Below, piece after piece: positions 1 through 14,400 of a stretch of 61,340 bases of DNA. Position numbers and translations under genes: made by a program. Under the pieces are notes generated by a model, which saw only the letters and a list, made by a program, of their open reading frames with translations, did no database searches and had not been told where the DNA came from. This DNA is from Aplysia californica (taxonomy: Eukaryota), in contig NW_004797358.1 of assembly GCF_000002075.1 (NCBI RefSeq), positions 1,495,825 to 1,557,164 on the forward strand, given 5' to 3'. Within the stretch, counting starts at the first letter, position 1; every line of letters starts with the position of its first letter.

Positions 1-229
1 TTCAAAGCAGGATATCCTAGTAGATATCTGTAATCTGTTTTCTCTCCCCCTTTTCCCACTCTCCTGCAAAGCAATGTTATGTGGAGGCATTCTTTCAAAT
101 GTTTGTTTGCCTGAAATGTTTTGAAATAGGGTTCACGGTTGGCATGTGTCAATTTGCTGTTTTAAAAAATTATTATTTTTACATATATAGGTTCTTTTAT
201 GCCCCCTATTGTCACAATTTATATCAAAT

Positions 230-386
230 AGAGAGGCTGGCTTCTCACCCTGTCTGTCAGGGCCATCTCGGGCTAATAGGATCAACACCCCCGCGGAAAG
301 ACCATGATAATTTCTCCGCACTCGTGAATTGAACTTGGGTATCCTGTGTACGACAGTAAAGTGCCTAACCACTACGCTATAGATGC
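230..386 (-). mobile_element. old tRNA-derived SINE, third family
   Basis: Minus-strand head TAGCGTAGTGGTTAGG...GTTCAATTC; related copies at about 16530-16688, 17185-17350, 44000-44140. Confidence 0.6.
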
Positions 387-1093
387 TGGTATTTTGTTGT
401 TCAAAGAGGGACATCCCATAGCACATGGATAAAAAAAAGACCTTCAGCTGTCTTGAAGGCTGTTCTTTGTTTGACAGCTTGTATTCTGCTTCTTACAAGA
501 CGGGGGGGTGGGGGGATAAGAGAAAGGGCAGTGTGAAACTAATGGAATATTGTGTTGATGGATTTCAAGGCTGATTCAGTCTTTTTATATATATATATAT
601 TGCATATCATTCTTATGTATATATGTGCCCATGAGCACATTAGTTAGGTCTCTTCCATCAAAAGAAGTTATGAACCCGATCTGAAAAAATAAGACGTCTG
701 CATTAATTTTTTTTTCCCACACTGCAACTTTAGTCATTGAATGTCTTACTTTTCTAAAAACAAATTAATTTGCAGTCAGTAATAAACTAGAGTCAACAAA
801 TTATTGTTCTTTTTATATATAGTATAATGGATCATGGTGCACTTTTGCACTAATTGAGTTAAAATGGTACCGGTAAGTCAGTCTACCGAGCAGAAGCTCT
901 TGAAAAACACTTTTCAAAATACACATTGATGGCAGATGCGGAGTTGTTGAAGCTGAATAGAGAATACTTTAAAAAAAATTTCATGAACATAAGATGGTGC
1001 AAAATCCTTACCATACTTATTTTTCTTCTTTTCGTTCTTTGCCTCTTTGATATTCAAAATAAAACTTACATCTCTCATGATTTTTATTTTCAG

Positions 1094-1215
1094 AGGGGGA
1101 CACATTGGAAGTTGACGAATCTTTGTTTGAAAACATGGGTGATCTTGATTTGGATGATGATTTTGATGATGATGACGATGATGATCCAGACTATACACCA
1201 GGGGATGATGATTGA
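1094..1215 (+). CDS. RWDD1: RWD domain-containing protein 1 (DFRP2/Gir2), final coding exon; upstream exons lie outside the window
   Basis: Polypyrimidine tract + CAG acceptor (1091-1093); phase-1 exon reads GDTLEVDESLFENMGDLDLDDDFDDDDDDDPDYTPGDDD* (TGA 1213-1215), matching the recalled RWDD1 C-terminus VEVDESLF-EMDDLEL...DDPDY-P. Not in the ORF track. Confidence 0.85.
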
Positions 1216-1902
1216 TGTACCTTCTGACGAATATGGAGGCAGTGAATGGTGGTGACAGGATAATGTGAATGTGTGAAATGTAAAGACATTGTTTGAGAGT
1301 TGTAATGACTGCACATAAATGGAAAATATTTGAGACAGTCTTTTTTTGTGCGAATGTTGATTGAGCATTTATTTTGAATGCAGCATTTGTGCCTTGTGAT
1401 GAGAAATGTAAACTGTTTATTTGATGTAGGCCTATGTATGGATGCTATTGAGTGAGAAATTGTCTTAAACAAAGAAATGTTACTTGTGGCAGGTATTGGG
1501 CATAAACTTGACGTGTCAGAGAAACATGTTTTTGTTGCCATTGCATTTGGCTTTGCCACTTGTGTTGACACATGGTAACTGCTGAGGAGCGTGAGAAATG
1601 TGCTAACAGAGCTTTTATCGGTGAATAAGTACCCAGACTAGATCTAGCTGGTTTTGCACTCAACACCTTTGTTGTGTTGAAGAATCTTTAAAAAAACTTT
1701 TGTTTTTTTAAAACATATTTTTTTAAAATAGAAGAAAGATTGCAGAAACCTTAAAGAACATTTGTATTTGAAAAAGGTTCTCATCCCTAAATGCTGAATT
1801 CAGTGATCCTGGCTTCTTTTTTTCCTTCTTTAATTACTTCTTTAATTACTTTTGAAGTATGAACCCTATACCACTGATGTGTGCGCTTCCCTGTCTGTTG
1901 TC

Positions 1903-1908
1903 AATAAA
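1903..1908 (+). promoter_or_regulatory. candidate polyadenylation signal of RWDD1
   Basis: AATAAA about 690 nt after the stop, followed by U/GU-rich sequence (1940-1980). Confidence 0.45.
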
Positions 1909-2146
1909 AGTCATAGTTTTGCTCGTACAAATGGCATAGTTTATTAATTTTTATTGTTTTGTTCTTTTACTTGTATTTTCCCCGACACGGGCACATCCTC
2001 AGTTTAGATCAGTTTAGTGTCGGGGCTGCTTCCATACTCCTTGTCAAGTTTGGGATTCACTCGGGCTGAGTGTGATCCCAACTGAAAGACATATATTTAA
2101 TTGAATATCTTCCCCGTGTTGGAATCAATACTCACATCATCTGAGT

Positions 2147-2307
2147 GGATGGTTGGCGGGTGCTCTGGTGTGGTTTACTTCTTCTTTCCTATCAAACATC
2201 TATCGCTTTATCTCCCTTCCTTGTTTTTTGTGTTTGTTACTCTTTTGTAACACCTCTAATCTTCGGCACTTATATGACCTTATTGTGTTGCAAGTGTCGT
2301 AAAACAT
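2147..2307 (+). repeat. dispersed SINE-like 3' repeat sharing the GACCTTAT..TTGC..GTAAAAC tail
   Basis: Further copies at about 7190-7360 (-), 21315-21445 (-), 49238-49410 (+), 53797-53970 (+); these produce the recurrent spurious GWxVLWCGLLLLSYQTS ORFs. Confidence 0.7.
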
Positions 2308-5300
2308 CTGCATTCAAGGGGAAGAGCCTTACCACTTAACCACACTGCTACAAAGTTTTTCTTACAGAAAGCAATCATTTGGGTTCCAAAGAAGACCAGA
2401 ACAGTCAAATTGAATGATAAGGTCAATTACTGGGAAGGCCCTTATGGTTCACACAAACTTTATTTTAAACTATTTCAGTCCTTTTTAGAAAAATAGGCTA
2501 CAGGTCTTCTAGCCTACTGTTAGGCCCAAACGTCTGTCATTGCTATGTGTTAATTAATTCATTAATATGTTTTTTATTTATTGTTTCAATCATCTATAAG
2601 AGGATGCACCGACCATTTTTACAAATTTGGTGGAATAGTTAAGATTTTTATTCAGTTTTACAAAAATATGATTGTAATACCCCTGATTCTGATTTTTAAA
2701 AATTTCGTCTACCCTAACCAATTGCTAACCTTCCCGGTGAATAAAGGGAGAACAGCTACCTGACCCGGATAGTCTATGTCACTACGTCATGTGCAGTTAA
2801 CTTTTACTCCCTCTTTGCATTGGGCACTTGTGGTAGCTCAGTGCCACATTGCCCTTAAAAAAGCCCATTAGACTTTAGAAGTGCCAAAGCCAGGAGTAAG
2901 GCAAACATTAGGTTGACATGGCGATAGAAAATTCTTGGCCTTTTGTGTTGTGGGCGACAGCCTAGGCCAATCAGGGAATACTTTTTAAAATGGATCATTG
3001 TTTGAAAATTGAAACATTTGTGATTTAGCTGTTCTGAACTGAATGAGAGCCCGGCGAGACCTCTTCTTTTGTTCATCATGTCTCTGTTTATGTTACATTT
3101 ACACTCGACTACAACCCCTGTTCTTGACACCCCATGGAAAAGGACAAAAACCATGGCCATATAATGAATTTTTAAAGCCAGATTACTAATTTTCTATTTG
3201 CTGATTACTAAAACATATGCTGGTGAGAGGGCAGCGCTGAGAGAGTCACAACAGCAAATCACTCTCCAGGTGCAGTTTGGCACAGGGCAATAAAAGTTAG
3301 AAGCCTCTCAGGATATTGTATTTCATCTAGTAGTAATGGCAGAATCATTTCCCTTGACAATGGGCAGTATGTGCTCAAGGACCTCATTACACAGCCTACT
3401 TCCTGATCATCCCATGATAGGTGGTGTTACGAGGTATGACTGAGATGCCACCCTCACTTCAAGTACAAGATTTTTATATAGGTACAGGTCCCAGCTTGCA
3501 CATTGCAGTAGATGACTGGATGAGAGTAAAGTGTAAATCATGATAATAATAAGTTTATGAGGTTAGAAAAAGCAATAAAACACTGGCATATATATTATAA
3601 GATAATCCTATGTTTATTCAATGTTTTACTATCACAACATAGGTATAATATGTAGGTAACAAGCGGATCAACAAAAAAGTAGGAATTTCCATCCCCTCTA
3701 ATTCTCTAGAATGATTAGGTCCATAAACAAATTGATTTTTTATATTTCACAAAAAAACAACTATTTTACTTATCTAAAAAAGACTGTTTAAAGGGTGCCG
3801 AAGCTCACTATTTCAATATGAGCATGACCAAATATTTTCTTGGCTTTTGACTTCCTTACTAGATTTTAGTTTCCACCCTAAGTGGACCCAGTGCTGTGCT
3901 TGCAAATATTATCTCAGGAGTAAAACTTAAATGAAACAAAAAAAACCAAAGGGTCTGTGCAAATAACTTGAACACCAAATGCAAAGCTTCAACCCTGGCA
4001 GTAGATTACAACTTTTGAGTTTATGAAAAACTCACAGGACACCTCAATGGTAAATATTTTATGCTCCCATCAACACAATTTAGATCATTTATTAGGTAGG
4101 CTGCTTCGACCTGGCTGCCCAGGACTAACATCACTGAGTGGGATACAGTAAGAGAGAAACCTGATAAAACAAACTTCTTTCGATGGGAATCGAAATCACC
4201 TCTTCTGCATGCAACAGCAAACAAAAAGCTACAGATTCATGACATCTTAAGATTACAAGGCATTATACATCTTCCAAAAAGTTTATGAAGTCTTTAACAA
4301 TTTTCAAAAAAGACTTCAAGATCAAAACACTTCATGAACCAAAAACCAGTTTGACTGGCACACCAGACAAAGGATCTACACAAGTTTGTACATTCCTAAT
4401 GACCAAATTTATAAAAATCAGATTAGATCTGAGCAGCAAGCTGCATCAGCAGGGCCAACCCAGTTTGCATGGCATATAAAATTCCTCCTAAACGGTAAAC
4501 CAGGAATTAAACTCATGCCCTCTGCAAGTGCAAGCCAGGTTAAGAGCCTCACCACTGTAGAGTTCTTTATGAGCCAAAAACTTCAACTGACATTTCCAAT
4601 AGCACCAAGCCATAAAATAAAAACATACAAAATGCAGAGATTCAACCAGAGGTAACTCACATACCGCAGCCAAGTATGGTACGCTCAAAGCTGGCTTGTT
4701 ATAGAAAATATGTATGTTTAGACTAGAAAATCTGTTTGAGCAGGGACACAAAACGTACACCTATTTAATTACATTCACGTCACACTCCCAGAGAGATTCA
4801 TTGGTAGTAATATAGACAGAAATCAATCACACGTTAAGTTACCAAACACTGTTAATCAATTTCATCAACAAATTAAATTATTCAATATGTAAAATCAATA
4901 TTATGCATATAAACTAATTAACAAGAATATGAAGAGCACCCTGTCAGGAGGTGGACTATACTAATAATAAAATCTAGAACCTTTATGTCAAAGACACAGG
5001 TAGTACCCTACATGCTCTAGCTCTACGTGTCTATTTATAGGTACCAGAAACTAAATTTTCAAACTAGCTGTATGCCAAATTTATCTGTTCCATTTGAAAG
5101 GCCTATATCCACTGAGCTTGGTACCATTCTTTAACCTCTCCGTCAATTTTTAAGAAAATTGTAGTTGTTTAAAATTTGATCAAATTTGTTGAAGTCAGTC
5201 ACAGGCTGCAACCCCATGTTTGACAGACAATAAAAGAGTACCAAGTGCACTAAACATCTCCACATTAACAGAGTACAATCACTATAACAAATATATGGAG

Positions 5301-6860
5301 CCTAATTTTTTTAAAGACTGTGAGATCTTTACAAATCAGTATTTTATCGCCTCAAACACGATGATCTGTCGTTATTTCGACAAAAACACCGAGCGTTGAC
5401 CCCGCCGGCGCCGCACCGGCCCCCGCGGCGAGAGAGTCGGCTCTACACTGTAGTGTACCCCACGTGCGGGGTCACATGCTTTCCGAGTCTCGCGGAAGGA
5501 TTGATGAAAAATAATTCCAAGTTAATAACTTTATTCTAATAGAAAATGAACTGATCTTTTAATTGATACCTGTTATAAGTCGGTATTATACATATTTTGT
5601 GTAAAAAGGGATCTTTAAACATTTTGACGGTATTTTTAAAAGCTTTCTATAAAGACGCCAAAGGCTAAACTTATATCACGGGAAAGCCCATTTAAAGCTC
5701 TACAGTTCTCCGCCAATGAAAAGACGGTATTTAATCATTCCTCGTTCCGCGAAGCATTTGAATGCACGCGTGTTAATTTTTCAACCGGCCGACCTCGCAT
5801 TCCGACCGCGAGGGGCTTCGCTTTCGTCGGCGATTCTCCAGCTCCTAAAATCGGACATATAGACAACTTACACCATTGTAACAAGGAAAAGCTGAACCTT
5901 TACAAGGTGTACGGCATTTGGTGTTTTATAGCGAAAGAGCAAAGAAACAGCAATCGGAATTACCCCAATTTTACCGATACCACGCGGTCGGAAGGCCGCG
6001 AGTGCCCGCGAGGCCGTGTTTACGCTACCTACTATTTAGGCCTCAAACTCATAGTCATAGGAACCATATATTAAAAGGAATGGATATTAATACAGCAGGA
6101 AACATAACCGAAAAAAAAAAGTTTGCTTTAAAGTATAAATTGACATTTTTTAAAAATCAGCCTAAAAACACTTTTGTTCAACCTTGAACTGAACATAGAG
6201 TGAAACTTAAGAAAAAGGCGATAGGCAAGAAAGGTCACAGCAAAAATAATACAAAACAAAGACAAGTTGACAGATGTTGACAATGTATTTTTTTAAACCC
6301 ACATAATACATGCGCATCTTGTAACAAAAACAAAAGTAACTGAGAAAAATTAAAGCTGATAAACAAAGTACAAGAAAGTAGATATAAACCACAAAAAAAC
6401 CCCAAATACACTAAAAGGAAAAGATTAATTAACTGTTATTTTTGTAAATCTCAGAGGTTTATAATATAAGAATAAAGTAATAAAGCTAATCTCAAGCATC
6501 TTCCAACAAAAATCTGGAGATTTCTTCCGACACAACACCACGATATTCTATCAGCAAGCCTATTTTTGTCAGTCGCTTTTTGTCACACTTAAAACAGTGG
6601 TCTTCTGCTAATAATAGCACCCCGGTTAAAATTATGATCTGCCTTAAACATCTTGGCAGTCCAGAACATCTAATTAATAGCATGATTGTTCCTGTGCTAG
6701 CTAGTGCTAGTGTCCGAAACAGAGCGTCTATAAAAGTAAAAAGATTAATTTTGCTTCCTGTTGAGCAGGGAATTTGCGCTATACAAGTGCTGTTTATTAT
6801 CATTATTATTAAACTCAAGAGCTGGAACTTTACTAGGGAACTAGTACACAGAATAAAGGT

Positions 6861-7039
6861 CTGTCCCCATGGGTTTATGCACCCCGCATAATTTAACAAA
6901 ATTTGATCATTTTTTGCATAATTTCTGATTATTTTCCTTTATCATTCTTTGTTAAAATTAACAGAATCGCATAATATCACATTTTTGGGCTCAGTTTGCG
7001 TAATTTCAGAATTTTTCTAGCATAAAATGACGGGGACAG
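6861..7039. mobile_element. short MITE, family B copy 1
   Basis: CTGTCCCC.TGG.TTTATGC ... GCATAAAA...CGGGGACAG ends; near-identical to 56181-56359. Confidence 0.7.
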
Positions 7040-8275
7040 AAAGGTATTATTTCCCTCACAGAGCTAAGAAAAAGCTTGTCAGGACTTATCTGTCTCAGAC
7101 ATTGATAGAGCTTAAAAAAAGGAACTAATGATAGTTTGAACCGACAGATATGAGATAGTTCACAAAAGTCAATGTCAAGGGTTATTGTTTTAGTATAAGT
7201 AGAGGTTTTACAGCGTTCGCAACTGCATAAGGTCATAAGAGCACCAGAAGATTAGAGGTGTTACAAGAGAGTAACAACATAAAAAAAAAGAAGGGGAGAT
7301 AAGAGCGATACATGTATGATAGGAAAGAAGAAGCAAACCACACCACACCACCCACTGTCAAGGGTTAAAAAGACAAGTTCATAGCCAAGCAAATAGATGA
7401 CACAATACTACGTGGGTGGGGAGGGGGGGGGGGGGAATAGGTGAGATGCAGGATAAAAGGAGAACAATACCTTTGTTACTCCTCAAAGGTTGTATTTCTG
7501 AGCAACATCTGTTTGGTCCTTATAAGTGACACAGCCATATCTGTATACACAGCCTGACATAACAGCAGTTGAAAAAATTCTCCCTTCACCTTTCCAAACA
7601 CACAATGAACTCCAAAATGGAAGCTCGGAATAAAACAAAACAGATCATTCTAAATTGTGTAACAATGTACAAAAAAGATTTTTACTTTCTTCACACTCAC
7701 AAAAGGCTATTATAAAGAACTTAGCAAACATTAAATCTTCCTCTTCTACACAAGTACAAAACACGAAGAAACTGAAATGACTAGTCACTTAAGTGGATCT
7801 CTAGAAATCCTGGGAATTCTTTTCACCAGTAGGCTATAACCTTCTGAAACTATGACAGTTTGTATAAAAGAATTTAAACAGTGAGAAGACAATTCAGAGT
7901 ACTCTGATGGGTAGGAGCTCAACAAAAGTGACCAAGAAAAGGTGTTAAAGAAAAGTACTGAAATATGTGTTTCTCCATTATCTGCAGTTGAAAACTCACG
8001 GTATAATAAGCAAATGAAATATGATAAAGGAGTTTCAAATTGCATTAAGTAGATTAAAACAAATAATAAGACAAAATAATGTTTCTCTGTGTATAGAATA
8101 GACTTTCCAGCACGGGGTAACTTTTCCCATTCAGGAATGTAAGAATTAAAAACACCTGGTTTTGCTTTTACCAGATTCCCAAAAAAATTCCATCGGTGAG
8201 AGGGTTAAAAAAATAACTGTTTCCCTTACCGAAAAATTATATTGTTATCCATCCCAGAAAAAGGAAACCATTTCA

Positions 8276-8451
8276 TTAATTCGCAAATATTGTGCCCATA
8301 GGGAGCCAGATACATTTACTAGCAGTAGCCTGGTACAGAAACTCTGGTCCCTGGCCTTGTTCGGGTGAGGAAAAGTCCCTTGACACGCCATAGTTCACCC
8401 AGGTGCGCTTGAAATTACCAGCAGAGGCAAACTCCATGTAGCGTGAGCCAG
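8276..8451 (-). CDS. ALDH16A1: ALDH16A1 exon 15 (last coding exon)
   Basis: [21 protein letters not shown]...[26 protein letters not shown]; TAA 8278-8276. Confidence 0.93.
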
Positions 8452-11400
8452 CTGGGGGTGAAAAGAAAATGATTAGTGCTTGCAAAAGTTTTGACTACAA
8501 TGATTGTAACTTTTTTCATCTCATCAATATAATCTAGATCATATCTTTCCAGAAAGTTGAGAATGTTTCTGAGCATTCTAGGATCAGCTGGGATAATAAT
8601 ATAGATTGTCAAGTGAATAGAGGGTGCTGCCGAGTGGGAATATGCTCCATAAAAATTGCTATTTATTATCATTTATTTTTTAAAGCGAGGGAGCGAGTTC
8701 AAATAAAAGGTCCAGAAAGCAGGTTGGCAGTCTAGTGAATCATTCTCCGACCCTGTCATAGCAGCCCCCATGTGATCAAAAGTGGTTTGTACAAACTGAC
8801 TGGGACTGGAGCATTAAACGCACAGCCCGCAGTACATTTTCTCACCTTCTGAACCAAAGTACCACACAGCACTAATGTCATGGTGTTCAGCCAGGGCCCG
8901 GGCTAGAACATCGCTGTCACCAGTCAGGATATTCACCACTCCAGCCGGGACATCAGAGGTCTCAAGGATCTAATACATGAGGCAATAATAACGATACTGA
9001 TAAGAAGAAGAATGAGAAAAAAAAAAAAAAAAAAAAAAAAAAATAAATAACATTTATTTAATAACTAGCTGGGCCCCCTTTCGATGAAAGAATGATCGGT
9101 GCATTAACATCAACTGAAAGTCATTGGCCTACTATATTTACTCTACTGGAATGGAGTAATATATCTTGAGAGATGCAAAAAATTAGAAGGTCCAGATCTA
9201 TACTGTCAAAACAAAATGCGCCTTGTAAAATATCACTTCCGGCACTTTCACTGGAGGACAGCTACACAGATTTGTTTCGTTTCTCAGTGGAATAATCACA
9301 AAGGCCAAAGAAGGACGAGAACTTTTTGTCAAATATATTTCTCTAAACTCAGAAAATGAATAAATAAAAAATCGGGCTCCGTCTTGAGGACCTATCTATA
9401 TTTTTGCAGGTACTAGCCAACTTTCAACTCTGTAGCTGTCGCATTTTTATGGGAAAAGTGACACATATTTCCAAGTTGCCAAATATATATAATTGATAAC
9501 AACAACAATAATATTAATAGTAATAATAAGAATATCAAACAGTATGCATACTGTGAACCTTGCATACAACATCAGATTCAACGAAATCTCGAAACGACAG
9601 AAAAAAAGAAGAAGAAACTCTTCTTTTTAAAAATTCATATAAGTCAAGCAACACACCTTACTTTGAATTCCCTTTAACTCACCCAGCCCTAACGCCGATA
9701 TTATCGGTATGGAAAATTTCGCTCTCGTGACCGAAAACACTACTTTTGTGTGAGGCAGACTATAGCCTGATTAGAAGAGTAACCATTTTTCATTTGAAAC
9801 AGACTATGACAAGAAGTGCAAGCCCGAATTTAGAATATAGACCTTTTCCACAGAGTATTGCATACAAATTTTCAATACACACAAATAAAGGTTTAAATAA
9901 AATCAATTTTGGGTTGGATATATTATGTTAAAATTACAATTAAATTTATTTTTTTCAAAAAGTAGTAAAAATCACAAGGGAGAGCTGACAACCCTGAAGT
10001 GTAGGCCTAGGGTTGAGTGAGATAATGAGTGGCTTTGGACACAATGAAGTAGTTTGCACAATAAATTTATGGGTTCAAGACTCCTCTCAACTAAGAAAGT
10101 TATTTACAAGACTTGATCAAATTCCACATCCACCCCCAATACGACTGAGCCAAGAGCATGTAGAGACTAGCAAATTCCCCAAACAACCAAAGTTCAAGAA
10201 GGCTCCATTGTCATTGAGAACTTAGCAGAATTACTCATAATAGGGTAAAGGTAAACAATCAAAATCAAAATGAAAATAAGAACATAATAACCACCTGCTG
10301 AAAACCTAGAGCCGCCATCGGGTATTTTCCACTTGGGACTGCAATCACAGGGTTACCTCTGGAAATGGCAGGAGCCATCAGAGAAATAAAACTGAGGAGA
10401 GGGGCTTCATCAGGGCACACAATCCCAATCGTTCCGACTGACTCATGGCGTTTCACAGTGAATCCGCTGAAAGGGGTTTCCTACAGGGAAAAAAGGAGGG
10501 TCCAGTAAGAAATAGAAAAGTGTTTGTATTTTGTGAATGCACAGTAAAGAACTTTAAAAAAATAATTCAAATGAAATAGTTAAAACAAGAATTACTCTAT
10601 TGATCCTTCACTGGAAGAAATTAAAAAAGTACTGTCATCAGCTTCTGTAACAAAAACTATAAATACACAATATCATATCAACACATCTCTCTTTGTCTCT
10701 GTCTTTATCTTACACTCTCCCCCATTCATTCATTTCCTCTCTCATTACTAACACATAACGTGGTAACTGTATGGAGGAAGGACAAGTAGGCCTATTATAT
10801 AGAATACTGAAGTGATGATGTATTCATAAGACAAAATTTTAATGTTATAATTTAAACGGAGAGTAGGTCTATCTGATTTTGAAGATTTCATACAATTGTG
10901 AAGCCCATCTTAGCAAAAATTTTCTAAATTGTTGCTAGATCTAGTTCTGATTTGCTGAATTTGATCTGCTAAAGCACAGGAGTTCATTTCTCCTATAAAA
11001 TTGCATTCGATTTGCCATCTTGAAGGTTTATCCTTCTTTTTCATTTTTCTCTCATGTTCATAATGCGATGTGCATATGTTCAGCAATTGTGCTGTGATAG
11101 TTTGAATTTCTGCTCATGTCTTTGCATTATCTTCAGAGAGTAAGTATACAAGTTCTTGCACATGTATTTCGTGTTAAGATAAAGGTATTGTAAAGCGCCT
11201 AGACCTGAATTATACAGAAATGAACCCTATAAAAGTTATCAGCATTATTACTATTATTATTATAAATATTATTATCATAATAAATTTACAGTTCCAACTA
11301 GATGACAAGACAACTGCTGCTCACAGAAAGTATCTCTGAATAACTAGACGGTATGATCTGGGTTTATAACAATAATTACAACAGTTCGTCCATCACAAAA

Positions 11401-14400
11401 CTGATGTTGACCTCTAACATCCAAGAGGAGGTCAAGCTACAGTACGTAGCTAGCATGGTAAGGAGAGAAAAGTAAAGGAATTAAAAGCGAGCAACTTGTA
11501 ATCTAAAGTCAGAGTGAAATTTTAATGAGGTAAACATTAAATCAGTGGAGACAGAATATCAGAATTATGATAAACATTAAATCAGTGGAGACAGAATATC
11601 AGAATTATGATATAATGATAGCCCTAATCCCATAGCACTAAACTGATAAAATGGAAATGAGCTGGCCAGCTATAAGGAGTTAATGTGAAGCTTTCCACCA
11701 GAGGGCACACATGACTGAAAAAAAGTAACAAAACTTGTAGCATCTCTTAGAGCCATATACAGTCGAACCTGCCTTAACGGAAACCTGTGTAAAACGGAAA
11801 CCTGTCTTAACAGAATCTCCCCGCTCCCCCCTTGATATATTCCTCTTTAATTACCTGTATAAAACGGAAACCTGTCCAACGCGGAAACGGAAAGAAAAAT
11901 CCGCTCCCTTCCGAGGGTTTCACCTGTCTAAGACGGAAAATGCTTTGCCCGCTCAGCCCTGATTTGAAACAAAACTCAGAAGTTTGATTCCGCCGGCTCT
12001 AAACTTAAGGCCATGGCCATGCCGCAGGGAGAGGAAGGGGAGTAGGGGTGCAATGGGGGTAGAGTAGAAGTTACCCTATGTTACCCCATCATGTGAGCAC
12101 TGCAGATGGTCAGTGTAGTGTGGGTGTGATATCTCACGACTGCCTGTGAGAGTGCTCGAGTAGCCAGCCACTACGGGAACTTTCCTGGGTAGCCAGAAGC
12201 CAGAGGTGTGAAATTAGATTGACCAATGCCTGCTGCCCTGATCGTATGGTCAGCTGAGAAAAGAGTTCCTTGAATCGCTGTTACAATGATGGCAGTGAGG
12301 GGTGGCATTGGTGGGTGGGACCACAGAAGACCAATACTATTGGTGTTCTGTGGGTGGGACTAAGGGGGTAAGCAAAGGAGATGTTCAAAAGTTTCTGTAT
12401 TTAACAGGTCAAACAGTGGTCCCATGAAAGGCAAGCATTGGTGGTAATTGGGTAAGTAAGACTGACGCATGTCACTATCAGACAGGATAGCAGCTGAGAG
12501 GTGTGAAGTTTTGACCACTGCTTGTCGATCAGACAAGCGATCCTAGATCCCACCAGCTGGGCCTTTGTTGAACCCTCCACCCCCACACCCCCCTAAATTC
12601 CCCTGTCTAAGACGGAAAATGTCTATGACGGAATTTTTTCCCCGCTCCCTTTCGATTCCGTCTTACACAGGTTCGACTGTATTAGGATCAGTGCTAAAAA
12701 AATTTTAAAATTCAAAATGGCTATCAGTATGATTATTATTGTTATCAAATCAACATGATCCTACTTGAAGGTCTCCACCATATTTGTCACAATAGGCAGC
12801 CCAGTAGAAGAGGCGCTGGACTGCTTGCTGCACTTCCTGAGCGCTTGAGGACAGCTCTTGTCCTGTCATGGTGGAGAGAAGAGCAGCGTACTCCTCTTTG
12901 TGGGACTCCAGATTCTCGGCCAGGTAGTACATGATTTGGGCCCGTCCATGACCCTCTTTCTTTGACCAACTGAGAGAAAAAAAATGAGATTGGACGTTAA
13001 CACTTTTTCAGCAGATAAAAAAGTGAAGAAGACATCCCCCCCCCCCCCCCCCACCCCCCCATCTGGTTACCCAGCCAGGAGAGGGACAGCAACGGACTTC
13101 TCGGGCTTGGTGCAGAACTGCGCCAAGAGACCAGAACGAATAATTTTCACAGTCGTATTATTGCGACGAGTTACTGCAAAGTGTTAAAGAAAAGAAAAGA
13201 AAAAAGTGAAAGTTAGGGTTCAAACCACTTTTCATTGGTAGAATATAATACCTTTTCACCTTTTGATATATTTTTCAGAAAACTTTCATGAAACTTCATA
13301 TCAGAACGCATACTTTTCATCAGAAAAAAAAAAAGACTTGAATTCCCCATAATTTTCATGCAAAAAGTCACCATCATTTGCTAAGAAAAATAAGGTACCA
13401 AATGATGCATTTTCAAGAATCCCATTTTTTTGCATTTTCATGTACACAGATCATTTCTGAATAATAAGCATTTTGAATTTTTAAGATATCTTCAGTACTT
13501 TTTGAAATGCGAGTGATTTTGTAAGGCAGGGTACGGAAACAAAGTTTTGAGAAAAACGGCTTTAAAGTTTCCGTTTGTTTTTGCTTAAAATAGATAGATC
13601 TACGCTTCGAGACGACCTGACAACACATTTGCTACACACAAACCAACTCTAAAAAGCATCTGAGACAAAATAACAGCTTCAAAGCGTTTATATTACATCT
13701 TCAAAACAAATTCACCACAACCTTGAACAAGAATTTTCAAGAAATAGATCTAGTGTAGATTTTCGCAGTGCAGAAAAGAGCGATACATGTACAAGTTTGC
13801 TCTCCAAAAAAGCGAAAGGGTGGGGATGCAGAAAGCTTCGCTTTGTTTACATGTTCTAGATATTCATGTGCACTATCTGCGACTAGAGAGAGGAGAGAAT
13901 GACGTAAATTTTGGTATGCAATGTGATTGGGTTGACTTTACGAATGGACAAGAGAAACCATGGATCCACAATGTTTACTCGGAAAACCAATTTTCTTACG
14001 CATTTTTGGAATTATGCAATATGCCTCGTGTTAAGAAACATCTTTAAAAATGTATTTTACAGTAAAAGAAACCCAAGCCTTGTAAATATCGATACATGAA
14101 TGGCTAAAGAATCCATTTTTAAGGGAACTTAGTTTTTGTCAAAAATTCTATTTTTGACCTTTGAAGCCTGATATCTCGGTTCGAGTAAATGCATCTTTTG
14201 GTACCTTTCACCAGGCATGCTCACAAATGTTTCGAAATTAACAAGACAAAACTTCTCTTTACATTTGTCTTCACCTTTCAGTACTTTCTCCCTACCTTCC
14301 TACAGCTTTGACAGCAGCTTCCACAGCATTGCGGATATCCTTCCGCCCTCCGTCGGGGACATAACCTACCACTGTTCCACCGCGGTTCAGAACTGGCCGG

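Noticed and set aside
926-1255. 109-aa ORF with a Met/Ile-rich tail
   Set aside because: Wrong-frame reading across an intron and the (GAT)n acidic RWDD1 exon.
2145-2339. Family of similar small ORFs (GWxVLWCGLLLLSYQTS) at about 2.1, 21.4, 49.2 and 53.7 kb
   Set aside because: Translations of a dispersed SINE-like repeat with inconsistent frames and ends, not a peptide gene family.
6492-6899. 135-aa minus-strand ORF
   Set aside because: Starts inside a MITE and has no recognisable domain or splice support; possibly a decayed retroelement tail.
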